From assembly GCA_052279835.1 (NCBI GenBank), contig CP181291.1, positions 4,032,001 to 4,096,000 of the forward strand: DNA of 64,000 nt. Direction: 5' to 3'. Shown in pieces: positions 49,101 through 59,693 of this stretch. The notes below the pieces were generated by a model. That model did not search any database. It was not told the origin of the DNA and saw only the letters and a program-made list of their open reading frames with translations. This DNA comes from Microcoleus sp. GTDB taxonomy: Bacteria > Cyanobacteriota > Cyanobacteriia > Cyanobacteriales > Microcoleaceae. The position numbers and the translations under genes were made by a program. The first letter of the stretch is position 1. Every line of letters starts with the position of its first letter.

Positions 49101-51793
49101 CACCCGCATCGACGGTGGGGTATGCGATGCACGGGATGGTGTTGTGTGCCTTTTTTCAAGAAGTGGAAACGGGCTATGGCTATGGGCAATTGGGGCTGAA
49201 CTTGCTCGATCGGTTAAATGTGCGGGAATTGAAGTCCACAGTTCTACTTTTGTTTGGGGGCTGGATTCAGCATCGTAAAGAAGCTCTTTTAGCAACACTA
49301 CCGACACTGAAAGATGGCTTTACGGCTGGCATGGAAACTGGCGACTTTGTAGACGCTGGCTACAACATATACATTTATTTTTATACCCATTTATTCGCTG
49401 GGGTAGAACTAGACACTTGGGAAGCAGAAATAGCAGGTTACAGGGGTGTCATGGCGCAGTTGAAACAATATTCTGCTCAAATTTATTTGGATATGATTCA
49501 GCAGACGGTGCAGAACTTGAGGGAAACCCGTATTCACTCGGATTGCTTAATCGGGGAAGCCTATGATGAAACGGTGATGATTCCCAAGCATTATCAGGAC
49601 AATGAATTCACGGCGATCGCCTGTGCCTGCATCTTCAAACTGCTGCTTGCTTACTGCTATGGAAACTACACGGCTGCCCTAGACAACATTACCAAAATTA
49701 AACAGTATGTGATGGGAGTATCGGGATCGACTTTTGTTCCCATTTTCCATTTCTATGCCGCCCTCACCCACCTAGCACTTTTGCCCACAGATTCAGCAAT
49801 TGAGCAAACTGAAATTCTTGCCTTAGTGGAAACCCATCAAACTACTCTGCATCAGTGGGCGCAAAATGCTCCCATGAATTATTTGCATAAATTGTATTTA
49901 GTAGATGCTGAACGACATCGAGTTTTAGGTCAAAATATGGAGGCGATTGATAATTACGATCGCGCTATTAAACTCGCCAAAGAAAACGAGTATATCAATG
50001 AAGAAGCACTAGCTAACGAACTCGCCGCCAAATTTTATCTAACCTGGGGCAAAGAGAAAATTGCTCAAGTATACCTAACGGATGCTTACTACGCCTATGC
50101 ACGCTGGGGAGCCAAGGCAAAAGTTGAGGATTTAGAAAAACGTTATCCTCAATTACTTGCGCCGATTTTAAATCAGAAAATGAGCTTAAAGACAGGGGAG
50201 ACAATTGCTCAAACGATGAGTGGAACTGTTACAGGTACAAGTTCAGGTGTTTCACAAATCCTGGATTTGGCAACCGTAATCAAAGCATCTCAATCACTCT
50301 CAGGCGAAATTAATCTCGATAAGTTGCTCTCCACTTTGATGCAAGTGATGATAGAGAATGCGGGAGCCGAAACAGGAGCGATGATTTTGATACAAGGAGA
50401 TTCATTGTTCCTCGCTGTTCAATGTGCTACTGGTAAATCGTGCAACCTAAACTCAACTCCAGTTGTTGACTCTAACGAAATTCCGATCGCAATTATTAAC
50501 TATGTCTGGCGCACCCAAGAAACTCTGGTAATAAATGATGCCACTACAGAGGCTACCTTTGCTGCTGACTCTTATATCATCCAGCATCAACCAAAGTCTG
50601 TTTTGTGTCTGCCGATTCAACATCAAGGAAAGTCAAGCGCAATTCTGTACCTTGAAAATAATCTGGTGACTAATGCCTTTACGGACGATCGCCTCGCAGT
50701 CTTAAATATCTTAGCGTCTCAAGCAGCAATTTCGATTGAAAATGCTCAACTCTATGCTAATTTAGAAACTAAGGTTGAGGAACGTACCCAAGAACTTTCA
50801 CAAGCTTTAAACAATCTCAAATCTACCCAAGACGAACTGATTCAATCGGAAAAGATGGCTGCATTGGGACAACTGGTGGCGGGAGTTGCTCATGAAATCA
50901 ATACACCTTTGGGAGCAATTTGTTCCTCCGTGAGTTATATGAGCGATTTCTTGAGTCAAAATCTCAATCAATTACCCTCATTTTTTCAATCACTATCGCT
51001 ACAACGCCAACAGCAATTTATCGAGATGTTGGAGCGATCGCAACAAAATACTACCACTGTATCGGGGCGAGAACGCCGCCAATTGAGGAAAGCTATTGTC
51101 AGCCAACTACAAGCTCAAGGCATTGCTGAGGCTGATACTGTGGCGAATCTGCTTCTAGATTTGGGAATTTGCGATCGCCTTGAGCCTTTTATCTCTATAT
51201 TCCAAGATGCCGAGTGTGACAACTTTCTCAAAACCGTGCGCCAGTTTGTCAGTTTGCAAGAAAGTACACGAGACATTAAAACTGCTTCTGAAAGAGCCAC
51301 AAAAATTGTCTTTGCACTCAAAACCTATGCCCGATTCAACCAAACGGGAGAAACCATTGAAGCGAGTATTATTGATGGAGTTGAAGTGGTTTTAACCCTA
51401 TATCAAAATCAACTTAAACAGGGAATAGAGGTAATTCGTAATTATCAAGATTTGCCCCGAATCTGCTGCTACTTTGATGAATTAAATCAAGTTTGGACGA
51501 ATCTCATTCATAACGGTTTGCAAGCCATGAATAACCGAGGGACTTTGACGATTGATGCTAGGGAGGAAAATGGGTCTATAATGGTGAGTATTACTGATAG
51601 TGGTTCTGGTATTCCTGAAGAGGTTAAGGCGAAGATTTTTCAGCCTTTCTTTACTACTAAACCACCCGGAGAAGGTAGTGGTTTAGGGCTGGATATCGTT
51701 AGGAAAATTGTAGAAAAACACCAAGGTATTATTGAATTTACATCAATTCCTGGTCAAACTACTTTTACTGTTTCTTTACCGATAAATAGCTAG
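46121..51793 (+). CDS. Ser/Thr kinase-AAA ATPase-GAF-histidine kinase multi-domain protein
   Basis: HKDIKPQN, YMSPEQTGR, GFSGIGKT, FLDDLQW, GAF LYLEN, AHEINTPL, GSGLGL. Confidence 0.93.
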   Translation: MTNNLLKIPGYHIIEEIYNGSRTQVYRGVSESNQKVIIKLLKTEYPTFSELVQFRNQYTITKNLDLPGIVKPIALLNYRNAFALVMEDVGGVSLAEYTANAKQLDNIQSSNSDMASPQTSPLPLDEFLPIAIQIVQTIEGLYHNRIIHKDIKPQNIIINPETKEIKLIDFSISSLLPRENQEIQNPKVLEGTLAYMSPEQTGRMNRGIDYRTDFYSLGVTFYQLLTGQLPFNSTEPMELVHCHIAKMPIPPMELVQNMSVMVNNLIVKLMAKTPELRYQSATGLRYDLEKCWQQWQENGTISQFGLGNRDICDRFVIPEKLYGREIEVKALLDSFDRVSEGSREIMLVAGFSGIGKTAVVNEVQKPIVRQRGYFIKGKFDQFKRDIPFSAWVQAFQNLMRQLLTESPAQVQKWKVKVFEALGENGQVIVDVIPELEHLIGKQKKVSELEGTAAKNRFNLLFQNFIRLFATKEHPLVIFLDDLQWADSASLKLIQLLMSEKDTNYLLLMGAYRDNEVFPAHPLMLTLDEIRSYSATVNQITLAPLDKTSLNRLIADTMICSPEKAMPLTELVFGKTQGNPFFATQFLKSLQVDGLISFDYTPPTPPYQGGASLQTPPFQGGERGGWQCDIGQVRTLALTDDVVEFMAIQLQKLPINTQEVLKLAACIGNQFDLATLAIVHQKSQIETSADLWKALQEGLVIPISEVYKFFGDSESVEVGQASELSVPYKFLHDRVQQAAYFLIPESQKQSTHLEIGQLLLHKGGHGGTAPTEAEREEKIFDIVNQLNIGLELIEDQPERDRLAQLNLIAGRKALTSTAYAAANIYLQIGIKLLRANCWQNQYELTLNLYVAAAEAAYLNADFDGMEFLAAEVLQHAQTILDRVKIYEIKIAAQTAQIKVLETIAVARDALLQLGIELPTTPDEASIAKALQALAGYLGDRKIEELIDLPVMRNPQTHAAMQLSGMLFPPVFQGMPGLLPLLSSTMVSLSLQFGNAPASTVGYAMHGMVLCAFFQEVETGYGYGQLGLNLLDRLNVRELKSTVLLLFGGWIQHRKEALLATLPTLKDGFTAGMETGDFVDAGYNIYIYFYTHLFAGVELDTWEAEIAGYRGVMAQLKQYSAQIYLDMIQQTVQNLRETRIHSDCLIGEAYDETVMIPKHYQDNEFTAIACACIFKLLLAYCYGNYTAALDNITKIKQYVMGVSGSTFVPIFHFYAALTHLALLPTDSAIEQTEILALVETHQTTLHQWAQNAPMNYLHKLYLVDAERHRVLGQNMEAIDNYDRAIKLAKENEYINEEALANELAAKFYLTWGKEKIAQVYLTDAYYAYARWGAKAKVEDLEKRYPQLLAPILNQKMSLKTGETIAQTMSGTVTGTSSGVSQILDLATVIKASQSLSGEINLDKLLSTLMQVMIENAGAETGAMILIQGDSLFLAVQCATGKSCNLNSTPVVDSNEIPIAIINYVWRTQETLVINDATTEATFAADSYIIQHQPKSVLCLPIQHQGKSSAILYLENNLVTNAFTDDRLAVLNILASQAAISIENAQLYANLETKVEERTQELSQALNNLKSTQDELIQSEKMAALGQLVAGVAHEINTPLGAICSSVSYMSDFLSQNLNQLPSFFQSLSLQRQQQFIEMLERSQQNTTTVSGRERRQLRKAIVSQLQAQGIAEADTVANLLLDLGICDRLEPFISIFQDAECDNFLKTVRQFVSLQESTRDIKTASERATKIVFALKTYARFNQTGETIEASIIDGVEVVLTLYQNQLKQGIEVIRNYQDLPRICCYFDELNQVWTNLIHNGLQAMNNRGTLTIDAREENGSIMVSITDSGSGIPEEVKAKIFQPFFTTKPPGEGSGLGLDIVRKIVEKHQGIIEFTSIPGQTTFTVSLPINS

Positions 51794-51848
51794 CATCTGG
51801 GTAGTATTCCTTTGCCATTGGTGTTAAATTAAGGGTAAGAAGCGTCAA

Positions 51849-51956
51849 GAGGGCAGGCACGGGGGGAACTGCCCCTACAAGAGAATGAAACAGCCCTGGG
51901 ATGCGAGGGGAATCTATACTAGAAAGAGAGGGCGGGTGCGGCGGCACTTCCCCTAC
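51849..51956. repeat. Two GTAG-type REP-like hairpins
   Basis: GAGGGCAGGCAC...TGCCCCTAC and GAGGGCGGGTGC...CCCCTAC. Confidence 0.6.
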
Positions 51957-52017
51957 AAACAGAAGAGCATCAACGGCTAGCCTGAAACTAGATCACATAA
52001 CCTACCAAGAACTCAAA

Positions 52018-52413
52018 ATGCCTAAACTATCGATTTTATGTGTTGATGATGAAGTGATTATTCTCAACAGTTTGCTACGACAACTACAAGCTGCCTTTGG
52101 CGATTCCTATGTTTATGAAACTTCAGAAAATGCGCAGGAAGCTCTGGAAATTCTCGAAGAATTGCAAGAGGAAGAAGCAGGTGTGATTGTGATAGTGTCT
52201 GACTGGTTAATGCCGGGGATGAAGGGCGATGAATTTATGATTGAAGTTCATAAAAAATTTCCGAATGTCGTCAAAATATTATTGACAGGACAAGCGGATG
52301 AAGCAGCCGTAGAACGGGCAAAAGAACAGGCTAATCTTCATCGTTACCTGCAAAAACCTTGGAGCGAACAGGAATTAATTGCTTGTATTCAAGAAGGATT
52401 AAAAAAGATATGA
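52018..52413 (+). CDS. Single-domain response regulator
   Basis: MPKLSILCVDDE, VSDWLMPG; the track's N-terminal extension is translated repeat DNA. Confidence 0.9.
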   Translation: MPKLSILCVDDEVIILNSLLRQLQAAFGDSYVYETSENAQEALEILEELQEEEAGVIVIVSDWLMPGMKGDEFMIEVHKKFPNVVKILLTGQADEAAVERAKEQANLHRYLQKPWSEQELIACIQEGLKKI

Positions 52414-54323
52414 AACCTGTAATTATTTGTGTGGACGACGATCGGACTGTGCTTGATAGTTTGATGAGAGAATTATCAGTAAATTTCGGAGATAAGTTTG
52501 AAATTGAAACTGCTATGGGAGGGGGTGAAGCTATAGAATTAGTCGAAGATTTGCTGGCAGATGAATGCGAAATTGCTGTGGTCATTTCGGACTATATTAT
52601 GCCCGACATGAAAGGAGATGAAGTTTTAAGAAGCATTCACGAGCGATCGCCCAATACGCTAAAAATCATGCTCACTGGTCAAGCTACCATAGAAGGAGTC
52701 AGCAATGCAGTTAATTCGGCTCAACTCTATCGCTATATTCCTAAGCCTTGGGTAACTGCACAACTCAATTTTACCCTCCAAGAAGCGTTAAAAATTTATT
52801 TTTTAGAACAACAGTTGGCTGCACAAAATACCCAACTTAGAGCGAGTGAGCGTCGTCTGGCTCAGTTTTTAGAAGCGATACCTATAGGGGTATCCGTCTA
52901 CGACACAGCGGGAAAAACTACCTACGCCAATCGCAAGGCGAAGGAATTATTAGGGATTGAAGCTTTACCGGAGACGACTATTGAGCAGTTGTCTCCAACC
53001 TATCAAGTTTATCGCGCTGGTACTGGACAATTATATCCTAGTGATGAGTTGCCTGTTGTGCGATCGCTCGCGGGAGAAACAGTGCGGGCGGAAGATTTGG
53101 AATTGCATCAACCGGATCGAATTATTCCCTTGGAGGTTTCGACGACACCAATCTCAGACGAAATGGGAAATATTAGTTATGCCATTTGTACTTTCCAAGA
53201 TATTAGCGATAGACAACGAGCAGAAAGCGATCGGCTGCGTCTCGCCCAAGAAAGCGAAGCCAAGAATATTGCTTTGCAGATGAATGAAGAAATTGAGGTA
53301 AAAAACCAAGAATTAGCCTTAACTGTACAAGAATTACAAGCCACTCAGCAACAATTAATCGACTCGGAAAAAATGGCTGCGCTGGGACAATTGGTGGCAG
53401 GAGTTGCCCATGAAATTAATACTCCTATAGGTGCGATTCGCTCCTCCGCCGGGAGTATATCCAGCTTCTTGACTATCACCCTAGAACAGTTGCCCGTACT
53501 GTTTCAAAACCTTACCGAAGAGGAAGGCCAAGAGTTTATGGCTTTACTTGGGCGATCGCTCAACCAACAATCAATAATATCTACTAAAGAAGAACGCAAG
53601 TTGAAGAAATCTCTCAGGAATCAACTGAAAGAATTAGATTTTTCTGAAACAAATGCTGAAAATATTGCCGATATATTGGTCATCATGGGAATTTATCAAG
53701 AAATTGATAGTTTCATTCCTCTATTAAGCAAGTCTAAGGGTTGTAAAATATTAGAAATAGCCTATCAACTTTCACAAATAAAAAGAGGCATGATGACTAT
53801 TCAAAACGCGACGGAGCGGGCATCAAAAGTAGTGTTTGCTTTGAAAACCTATGCCCATTATGAACATTCAGGTCAAAGGACTCAAGCCAATTTAACTGAA
53901 GGGATTGAAACAGTTTTAACACTTTATCAAAATCAATTAAAACAAGGAGTTAATGTAATTAAGAACTATACCGAATTGCCACCCCTACTGTGTTATCCTG
54001 ACGAACTGAATCAGGTATGGATTAATCTCATCCATAATGCCTTGCAAGCGATGGATAATCGCGGCAATTTAACTATTGATGTTACGACTATTGACGAGCA
54101 GGCAAAAATTAGCTTTACTGATAGTGGAAAAGGAATACCGGAAGAGATTCAACCCCAAATATTTGCTCCTTTTTTTACCACTAAGCCAGCAGGAGAAGGT
54201 AGCGGATTGGGACTAGATATTGTCAATAAAATTGTAAAAAAACATCATGGTAGAATAGAATTTGAATCCATTCCGGGTCAAACTAAGTTTAGTGTTTTTC
54301 TACCAGTTACCAGACTTGAGTAA
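52410..54323 (+). CDS. REC-PAS-histidine kinase
   Basis: MKPVIICVDDD (ATGA overlap), AHEINTPI, ELNQVWINL, GSGLGL. Confidence 0.92.
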   Translation: MKPVIICVDDDRTVLDSLMRELSVNFGDKFEIETAMGGGEAIELVEDLLADECEIAVVISDYIMPDMKGDEVLRSIHERSPNTLKIMLTGQATIEGVSNAVNSAQLYRYIPKPWVTAQLNFTLQEALKIYFLEQQLAAQNTQLRASERRLAQFLEAIPIGVSVYDTAGKTTYANRKAKELLGIEALPETTIEQLSPTYQVYRAGTGQLYPSDELPVVRSLAGETVRAEDLELHQPDRIIPLEVSTTPISDEMGNISYAICTFQDISDRQRAESDRLRLAQESEAKNIALQMNEEIEVKNQELALTVQELQATQQQLIDSEKMAALGQLVAGVAHEINTPIGAIRSSAGSISSFLTITLEQLPVLFQNLTEEEGQEFMALLGRSLNQQSIISTKEERKLKKSLRNQLKELDFSETNAENIADILVIMGIYQEIDSFIPLLSKSKGCKILEIAYQLSQIKRGMMTIQNATERASKVVFALKTYAHYEHSGQRTQANLTEGIETVLTLYQNQLKQGVNVIKNYTELPPLLCYPDELNQVWINLIHNALQAMDNRGNLTIDVTTIDEQAKISFTDSGKGIPEEIQPQIFAPFFTTKPAGEGSGLGLDIVNKIVKKHHGRIEFESIPGQTKFSVFLPVTRLE

Positions 54324-54379
54324 TCGGATAATTAAGTCTATTTCATCTCAATTAAATGTAAAATAAGTAGGGAAAAACC

Positions 54380-54775
54380 ATGTCTAAACCTGTAATTTTG
54401 TGTGTTGACGATGAGAGAATGGTTTTAGATAGTCTGAGGATGCAGTTATCAACAGCATTCGGTTCTGGCTACAAATATGAATCAGCAGAAGATGCCTATG
54501 AAGCTTTAGATTTAATAGAGGAACTCGATGGGGAGAATATTAGAGTGATTGTGATTATTTCTGATTGGTTAATGCCCGGTATTAAGGGCGATGATTTTTT
54601 AATTCGCGTCCACGAACAATTCCCAAAAGTTGTTAAAATACTGCTGACTGGTCAAGCCGATGAAGCAGCTATTAATCGAGCCAAACAACAGGCAAATCTC
54701 CATTCTTGTTTGTTTAAGCCTTGGTCGGAAAATGATTTGAGAGAAACTATTCAATCTGCATTGTCCCAACTATAA
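54380..54775 (+). CDS. Single-domain response regulator
   Basis: Close paralog of 43337-43735. Confidence 0.92.
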   Translation: MSKPVILCVDDERMVLDSLRMQLSTAFGSGYKYESAEDAYEALDLIEELDGENIRVIVIISDWLMPGIKGDDFLIRVHEQFPKVVKILLTGQADEAAINRAKQQANLHSCLFKPWSENDLRETIQSALSQL

Positions 54776-54781
54776 TGTAAG

Positions 54782-54998
54782 GGGAATTGGGAATTGGGAA
54801 TTGGGAATTGGGAATTGGGAATTGAGGAACCCCCCCCTCGCCCCCCCCAAGGGGGGAATTGGGAATTGGGAATTGGGAATTGGGAATTGAGGAACCCCCC
54901 CCTCGCCCCCCCCAAGGGGGGAATTGGGAATTGGGAATTGGGAATTGGGAATTGAGGAACCCCCCCTCGCCCCCCCCAAGGGGGGAATTGGGAATTGG
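54782..54998. repeat. STRR heptamer tracts (GGGAATT)n alternating with three CCCCCC-AA-GGGGGG hairpins
   Basis: Directly visible between convergent genes. Confidence 0.9.
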
Positions 54999-55015
54999 TA
55001 ACCAATAACCACTGA

Positions 55016-58000
55016 CTACTGACTAATTTGTTCGATCGGCAGTTCAATGATAAACTCTGCTCCTTGACCAGGTGCTGACACGCAACTAAGTTTACCATTG
55101 TGTTCGGTAACAACTTTGTGGGAAATTGAAAGACCTAAACCGGTACCTTTTCCGGCTGGCTTAGTGGTAAAAAAAGCCTCGAATAATTGTTGGGAAACTT
55201 CTTCCGGCATACCGGGACCGTTATCGGAAATCCTAATTATAGCCTTGGAGTTTTGGACTTCTGTTTTAATTTTAATTTTGCTGCGGTTAGCTTTAGCTTC
55301 CGCCACGGAGCGTCCCTCATTGTACTCCTCGATCGCGTCGATCGCATTTCCGATCAAATTCATAAATACCTGATTGATTTTTCCAGCATAACATTCAACC
55401 AAAGGCAAGTTTCCATACTCCTTAATTACGGTAATTTCAGGATAGCCACCACGGGCTCGGAGCCGACTTTGGAGAATCAACAGCGTCCCGTCAATCCCTT
55501 CGTGGAGATTAACGCTGCTCATTTTATGATCGTCTTTGCGGGAAAAAATTTGGAGCGATCGCACTATTTCCCGAATGCGATCGGCTCCAACTTGCATGGA
55601 GGACATTGCTTTTGGTAAATCTTCTAACAGAAAATCTAGTTCTATCTCCTCTATTTTATCTTGAATGATTGTCGGTGGCTCCGAGAATTGAGCCTGGTAA
55701 ACAGCGAGCAAATCTAGCAAATCTTCCGTGTAGTGACTGAGGTGAACTAGATTACCACAAACGCTGCTGACAGGATTATTAATTTCGTGAGCAACACCAG
55801 CAACCATTTGACCGAGAGTAGACATTTTTTCAGTATGAATTAACACGGCTTGAGTTTGTCGCAATTCGTGCAAAGTGTGTTCTAGCTGCTGCTTTTGTTC
55901 AGTTAGCTCAGTTTGCGATCGCAGCAAAGCTTCTTCACTGCGCTTTTGTTCAGAAATATCAGTAATTAATCCTTCCAAAGCTATCAATTCTCCCGACTCT
56001 GAAAACACTCCCAAACCCTGTTCCCAAACCCATTTTACCTCCCCGGTTTTAGAAGTAATTCGATAGGTTAGTTGATAAGGTCGATTTTCCAGTACAGCCA
56101 CTTGGACGGCGTTCCACAAAATATCGCGATCCTCCGGGTGAGTCAATTCCGACAGAGAAATTTTCCTAGTCCCAATAAACTCATCAGGAGAATAACCAGC
56201 TAACTGATAGCAACCCTCGCTCACAAACTCTACACTGCGATCGTCATTACGAAAACGATAGGCCATTCCCGGCAAATTGCTCATCAATGTAGCCAAGGTT
56301 CGTTGGCTTTCCCGTAGGGCTTCTTCTGCGTGTTTGCGATCGGTAATATCAGTCATTACCGCCAGCATACAAAGTTCGCCGTCCAAATCAATCAACTCTG
56401 CTGATAGCAAACACACCACCACCGCACCCGACTTAACACGAAATTCGTATTCGTGATTGCTAACCACACCTTTTTCTTGCAAAATGCTCCTAAACTTGAC
56501 TCTTTCTTCTGGGTTAACCCAAATATTTAATTGTGGTACCGTATAAGCCAGGGCCTCTTCTAAAGAATAACCAATCATCGATAAAAAACTATCATTAACC
56601 TCAATTAACCGCCCATCAGCAAAAGTAGTAATAGTCATCGGATCTGGACTCGAACGAAAAGCCTTAGAAAATTTTTCTTCCGACCAACGCAACTGTTTAA
56701 TAGCTGATTCCAACTCACTTGTGCGCTCTTGAACTCGGCATTCCAACACCTCATTAGCTTGCTTCAGAGCCTCTTGGGCCTGCACCCGTTCGGTGATATC
56801 TCGCACCACCGCTTGCAACCCCATTTTGCCACAAATATCCATAGAAGTTAACAGCACTTCTGCGGGAAACACCGAACCATCTAACCGGGAATGTAGCCAG
56901 TCAAAACGGCAGTTTCCAGATTTCAAAGCTGTATTAATTCGCTCTTGAGATAAGCTAGCAGAATCTTGTCCGTTCGGTTGCATTAGCGGGCTTAATTCCG
57001 AGGGATGCTTACCACAAAATTCTGTTTCATTGGTGCATCCAAACAACTTTAAAGTTGCTGGATTGCAGTCCAAAAAACCTGTTTCATCTAACAGCATTAC
57101 CGCGTCGCTAGTCGATTCGTACAGAGTGCGAAACTTTTTTTCCGACTCTTGCAAAGAAGCAATCAACCGCATCTTTTCCTCTGTCGCCCGTTTTTGCTCA
57201 GTAATGTCCTGTACTACTTGAGAAAATCCCTGTAACTCTCCCTGTTCGTTACGCACAGCATTGACAATAATATTTGCCCAAAATCTAGTGCCGTCTTGAC
57301 GCATCCGCCAGCCTTCATTTTCATATCTACCTTCAGCAGCAGCTATCAATAATTTTTTCTGTGGCTTGCCAAGTTTAATATGTTCTTGTGTGTAAAAGCA
57401 TTGAGAATGTTGACCGATTATTTCACTAGAAGTGTAGCCAAAAATCCTTTCAGCACCAGAATTCCAACTCGCTACATACCCTTCGGGGTTTAACATAAAT
57501 ATGGCATAATCTTTAACACCTTCAATTACTAAACGCAGTCTTTCCTCACTTTCTCTAAGAGCATATTCTGCTTGTTTTCTCTGGGTAATATCTTCCACAA
57601 AACCTTCGTAGTAAAGCAATTTACCAGATTCATCACAGACGGCACGGGCATTTTCTGAAATCCAAATTATCGTCCCGTCTTGGCGATGAATCTGCGATTC
57701 AAAATCTGAAACGCTACCATTATTTTGCAAATCCGAAACAAACTCGTCACGTCGTCTTGGATCGACATAAAGCTGGTCGCTAATGTCGGTTAATCCAGTG
57801 ATTAATTCGGCTGGGGAGTTATAGCCGTAGATGCGAGCCAAAGCTGGGTTGGCGCTGATGTAGCGACCATCAATGGTTGTTTGAAAAATACCAGAAATAG
57901 CATTTTCAAACATACTGTAATATTTGGCTTCCATTTCCTGTAGTGCCTCCTCAATTTCTTCTCGATACATATTTTTTATGTGTGGTTTTTTAGTGGTCAT
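55016..58000 (-). CDS. Multi-PAS sensor histidine kinase
   Basis: About five PAS/PAC units, AHEINNPV, NQVFMNL, GTGLGL. Confidence 0.93.
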   Translation of the reverse strand: MTTKKPHIKNMYREEIEEALQEMEAKYYSMFENAISGIFQTTIDGRYISANPALARIYGYNSPAELITGLTDISDQLYVDPRRRDEFVSDLQNNGSVSDFESQIHRQDGTIIWISENARAVCDESGKLLYYEGFVEDITQRKQAEYALRESEERLRLVIEGVKDYAIFMLNPEGYVASWNSGAERIFGYTSSEIIGQHSQCFYTQEHIKLGKPQKKLLIAAAEGRYENEGWRMRQDGTRFWANIIVNAVRNEQGELQGFSQVVQDITEQKRATEEKMRLIASLQESEKKFRTLYESTSDAVMLLDETGFLDCNPATLKLFGCTNETEFCGKHPSELSPLMQPNGQDSASLSQERINTALKSGNCRFDWLHSRLDGSVFPAEVLLTSMDICGKMGLQAVVRDITERVQAQEALKQANEVLECRVQERTSELESAIKQLRWSEEKFSKAFRSSPDPMTITTFADGRLIEVNDSFLSMIGYSLEEALAYTVPQLNIWVNPEERVKFRSILQEKGVVSNHEYEFRVKSGAVVVCLLSAELIDLDGELCMLAVMTDITDRKHAEEALRESQRTLATLMSNLPGMAYRFRNDDRSVEFVSEGCYQLAGYSPDEFIGTRKISLSELTHPEDRDILWNAVQVAVLENRPYQLTYRITSKTGEVKWVWEQGLGVFSESGELIALEGLITDISEQKRSEEALLRSQTELTEQKQQLEHTLHELRQTQAVLIHTEKMSTLGQMVAGVAHEINNPVSSVCGNLVHLSHYTEDLLDLLAVYQAQFSEPPTIIQDKIEEIELDFLLEDLPKAMSSMQVGADRIREIVRSLQIFSRKDDHKMSSVNLHEGIDGTLLILQSRLRARGGYPEITVIKEYGNLPLVECYAGKINQVFMNLIGNAIDAIEEYNEGRSVAEAKANRSKIKIKTEVQNSKAIIRISDNGPGMPEEVSQQLFEAFFTTKPAGKGTGLGLSISHKVVTEHNGKLSCVSAPGQGAEFIIELPIEQISQ

Positions 58001-58038
58001 TTTTTATACCCTGCTTTTGTTATCTTAATTTAATATTT

Positions 58039-58160
58039 GGGAAGCATCCCGATTTTGCATAGGCGAAGCATGACCGCAGTAAATCTCTGGTTATAACTAA
58101 TAAATTGTCTGCGGTCATGCTTCGCCCCTACGAATATATTTACAAAACACAGATGCACCC
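58039..58160. repeat. Nested inverted-repeat element, copy 3
   Basis: GGCGAAGCATGACCGCAG...CTGCGGTCATGCTTCGCCCCTAC with the outer IR. Confidence 0.8.
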
Positions 58161-58592
58161 AATATTTGTGGCGAGCCATGAGTCACAATTTAATGGTTAA
58201 TTAGGCTTTCGCATACCTACTGTGTGACTATTAACTATTTTCGATAATAGATAACATAGCCGATCCCTAGGTAGTTTGCACAAAGCTGGTGTTGCTCTGT
58301 AAAATTGGCACAACCGAGGGGCAATAGTTGTATCAAAAAATTCATATTGGACTACTGCTGGTGTGTTCTTTCTGTAGTGCTACTAACATTTTGCCAGAAG
58401 TTTCAGCGCTGTGGTGTAAAACGCGGCCCGGAACTCTGCTAAAATCCCGATCGACTCTCGGTTTGGTAGACAAGCTCGATCGCCATTCTCCGAAACAGAC
58501 CGGGCTGCTTGTTCCCAATTGCGATCGCCTGCAAACGCTACAGGTTGCGGGAGCAATTGTTAAATTGTTCAATTCTTCAATCCTTCAATCCC

Positions 58593-59639
58593 ATGACTGA
58601 TTCTCCTCTGTGGCCTAGTTTGCTGCAACAATTGTTAGACAAACAATCTCTCTCACGCGCCACCTCCGCCAACCTGATGCAGGGATGGCTGAATGAAGAC
58701 ATTCCCCCCGTACTCTCCGGCGCGATTTTAGCAGCCCTCCAAGCCAAAGGAATCTGTGCCACAGAATTAGCGGGCATGGCTCAGGTATTGCAGTCTCAAT
58801 CCCTCCCAGGAGATTTGGATTCGATTTCCCCCACTTCACTACCTTTAATTGATACTTGCGGCACAGGTGGCGACGGCGCTTCCACCTTTAACATTTCCAC
58901 TGCTGTCGCTTTTGTCGCCGCCGCCGGCAAAGTGCGAGTGGCGAAACACGGAAATCGATCGGCATCAAGTAAAGTAGGTTCCGCTGACGTCTTGGAAGCA
59001 CTCGGAGTCAACCTCAACGCAGATTTCCAAAAAGTAAAGGCGGCAGTAGACGAAGTAGGTATCACCTTTTTATTTGCGCCTGGGTGGCATCCCGCACTCA
59101 AGGCTGTAGCATCGCTCCGGCGCACTTTGAAAGTACGGACTGTTTTTAACCTCTTGGGACCTCTCGTCAATCCTATGCGCCCTACAGGTCAGGTAATTGG
59201 GGTGTTCGATCGCACTCTGGTATCAACTATTGCCGAAGCTTTAGGCGAGTTGGGGACTGAGTTAGCCGTAGTCATTCATGGCAGAGAAAAGCTGGATGAA
59301 GCTGGTTTGGGAGATGTTTCAGACTTGGCGGTTTTGTCCAACGGTAAAGTAGAAGTAACCACTTTAGATGCTAGAAAAGTAGGATTGACACCCTGTGCGA
59401 TCGGCTGTTTAAAAGGGGGAAATGTTGAAGAAAATTCGGAAATTTTGCGAAACGTGCTTCAGGGTAAGGGAACGGAGCCACAAATGGATGTTGTGGCTTT
59501 GAATGCGTCCTTAGCTCTTCAGGTGGGAGGTGCAATTCCTGTTGGCTATCATCAAGCAGGGGTGGTTTTAGCTAAGGAAATTTTATTGAGTGGAGAACCT
59601 TGGTTGAAGTTACAAGAGTTGGTGGAATTTTTGAAATGA
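58593..59639 (+). CDS. trpD: Anthranilate phosphoribosyltransferase
   Basis: [39 protein letters not shown] at 58593. Confidence 0.96.
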   Translation: MTDSPLWPSLLQQLLDKQSLSRATSANLMQGWLNEDIPPVLSGAILAALQAKGICATELAGMAQVLQSQSLPGDLDSISPTSLPLIDTCGTGGDGASTFNISTAVAFVAAAGKVRVAKHGNRSASSKVGSADVLEALGVNLNADFQKVKAAVDEVGITFLFAPGWHPALKAVASLRRTLKVRTVFNLLGPLVNPMRPTGQVIGVFDRTLVSTIAEALGELGTELAVVIHGREKLDEAGLGDVSDLAVLSNGKVEVTTLDARKVGLTPCAIGCLKGGNVEENSEILRNVLQGKGTEPQMDVVALNASLALQVGGAIPVGYHQAGVVLAKEILLSGEPWLKLQELVEFLK

Positions 59640-59693
59640 AGTTATTAGTCTCTTGACTGTTGTTAAAAATAACAAATAACAACTAACTCATTC

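Noticed and set aside
54751..55113. 120 and 80 aa ORFs (SQFPIPN...)
   Set aside because: Translations of STRR heptamer tracts.
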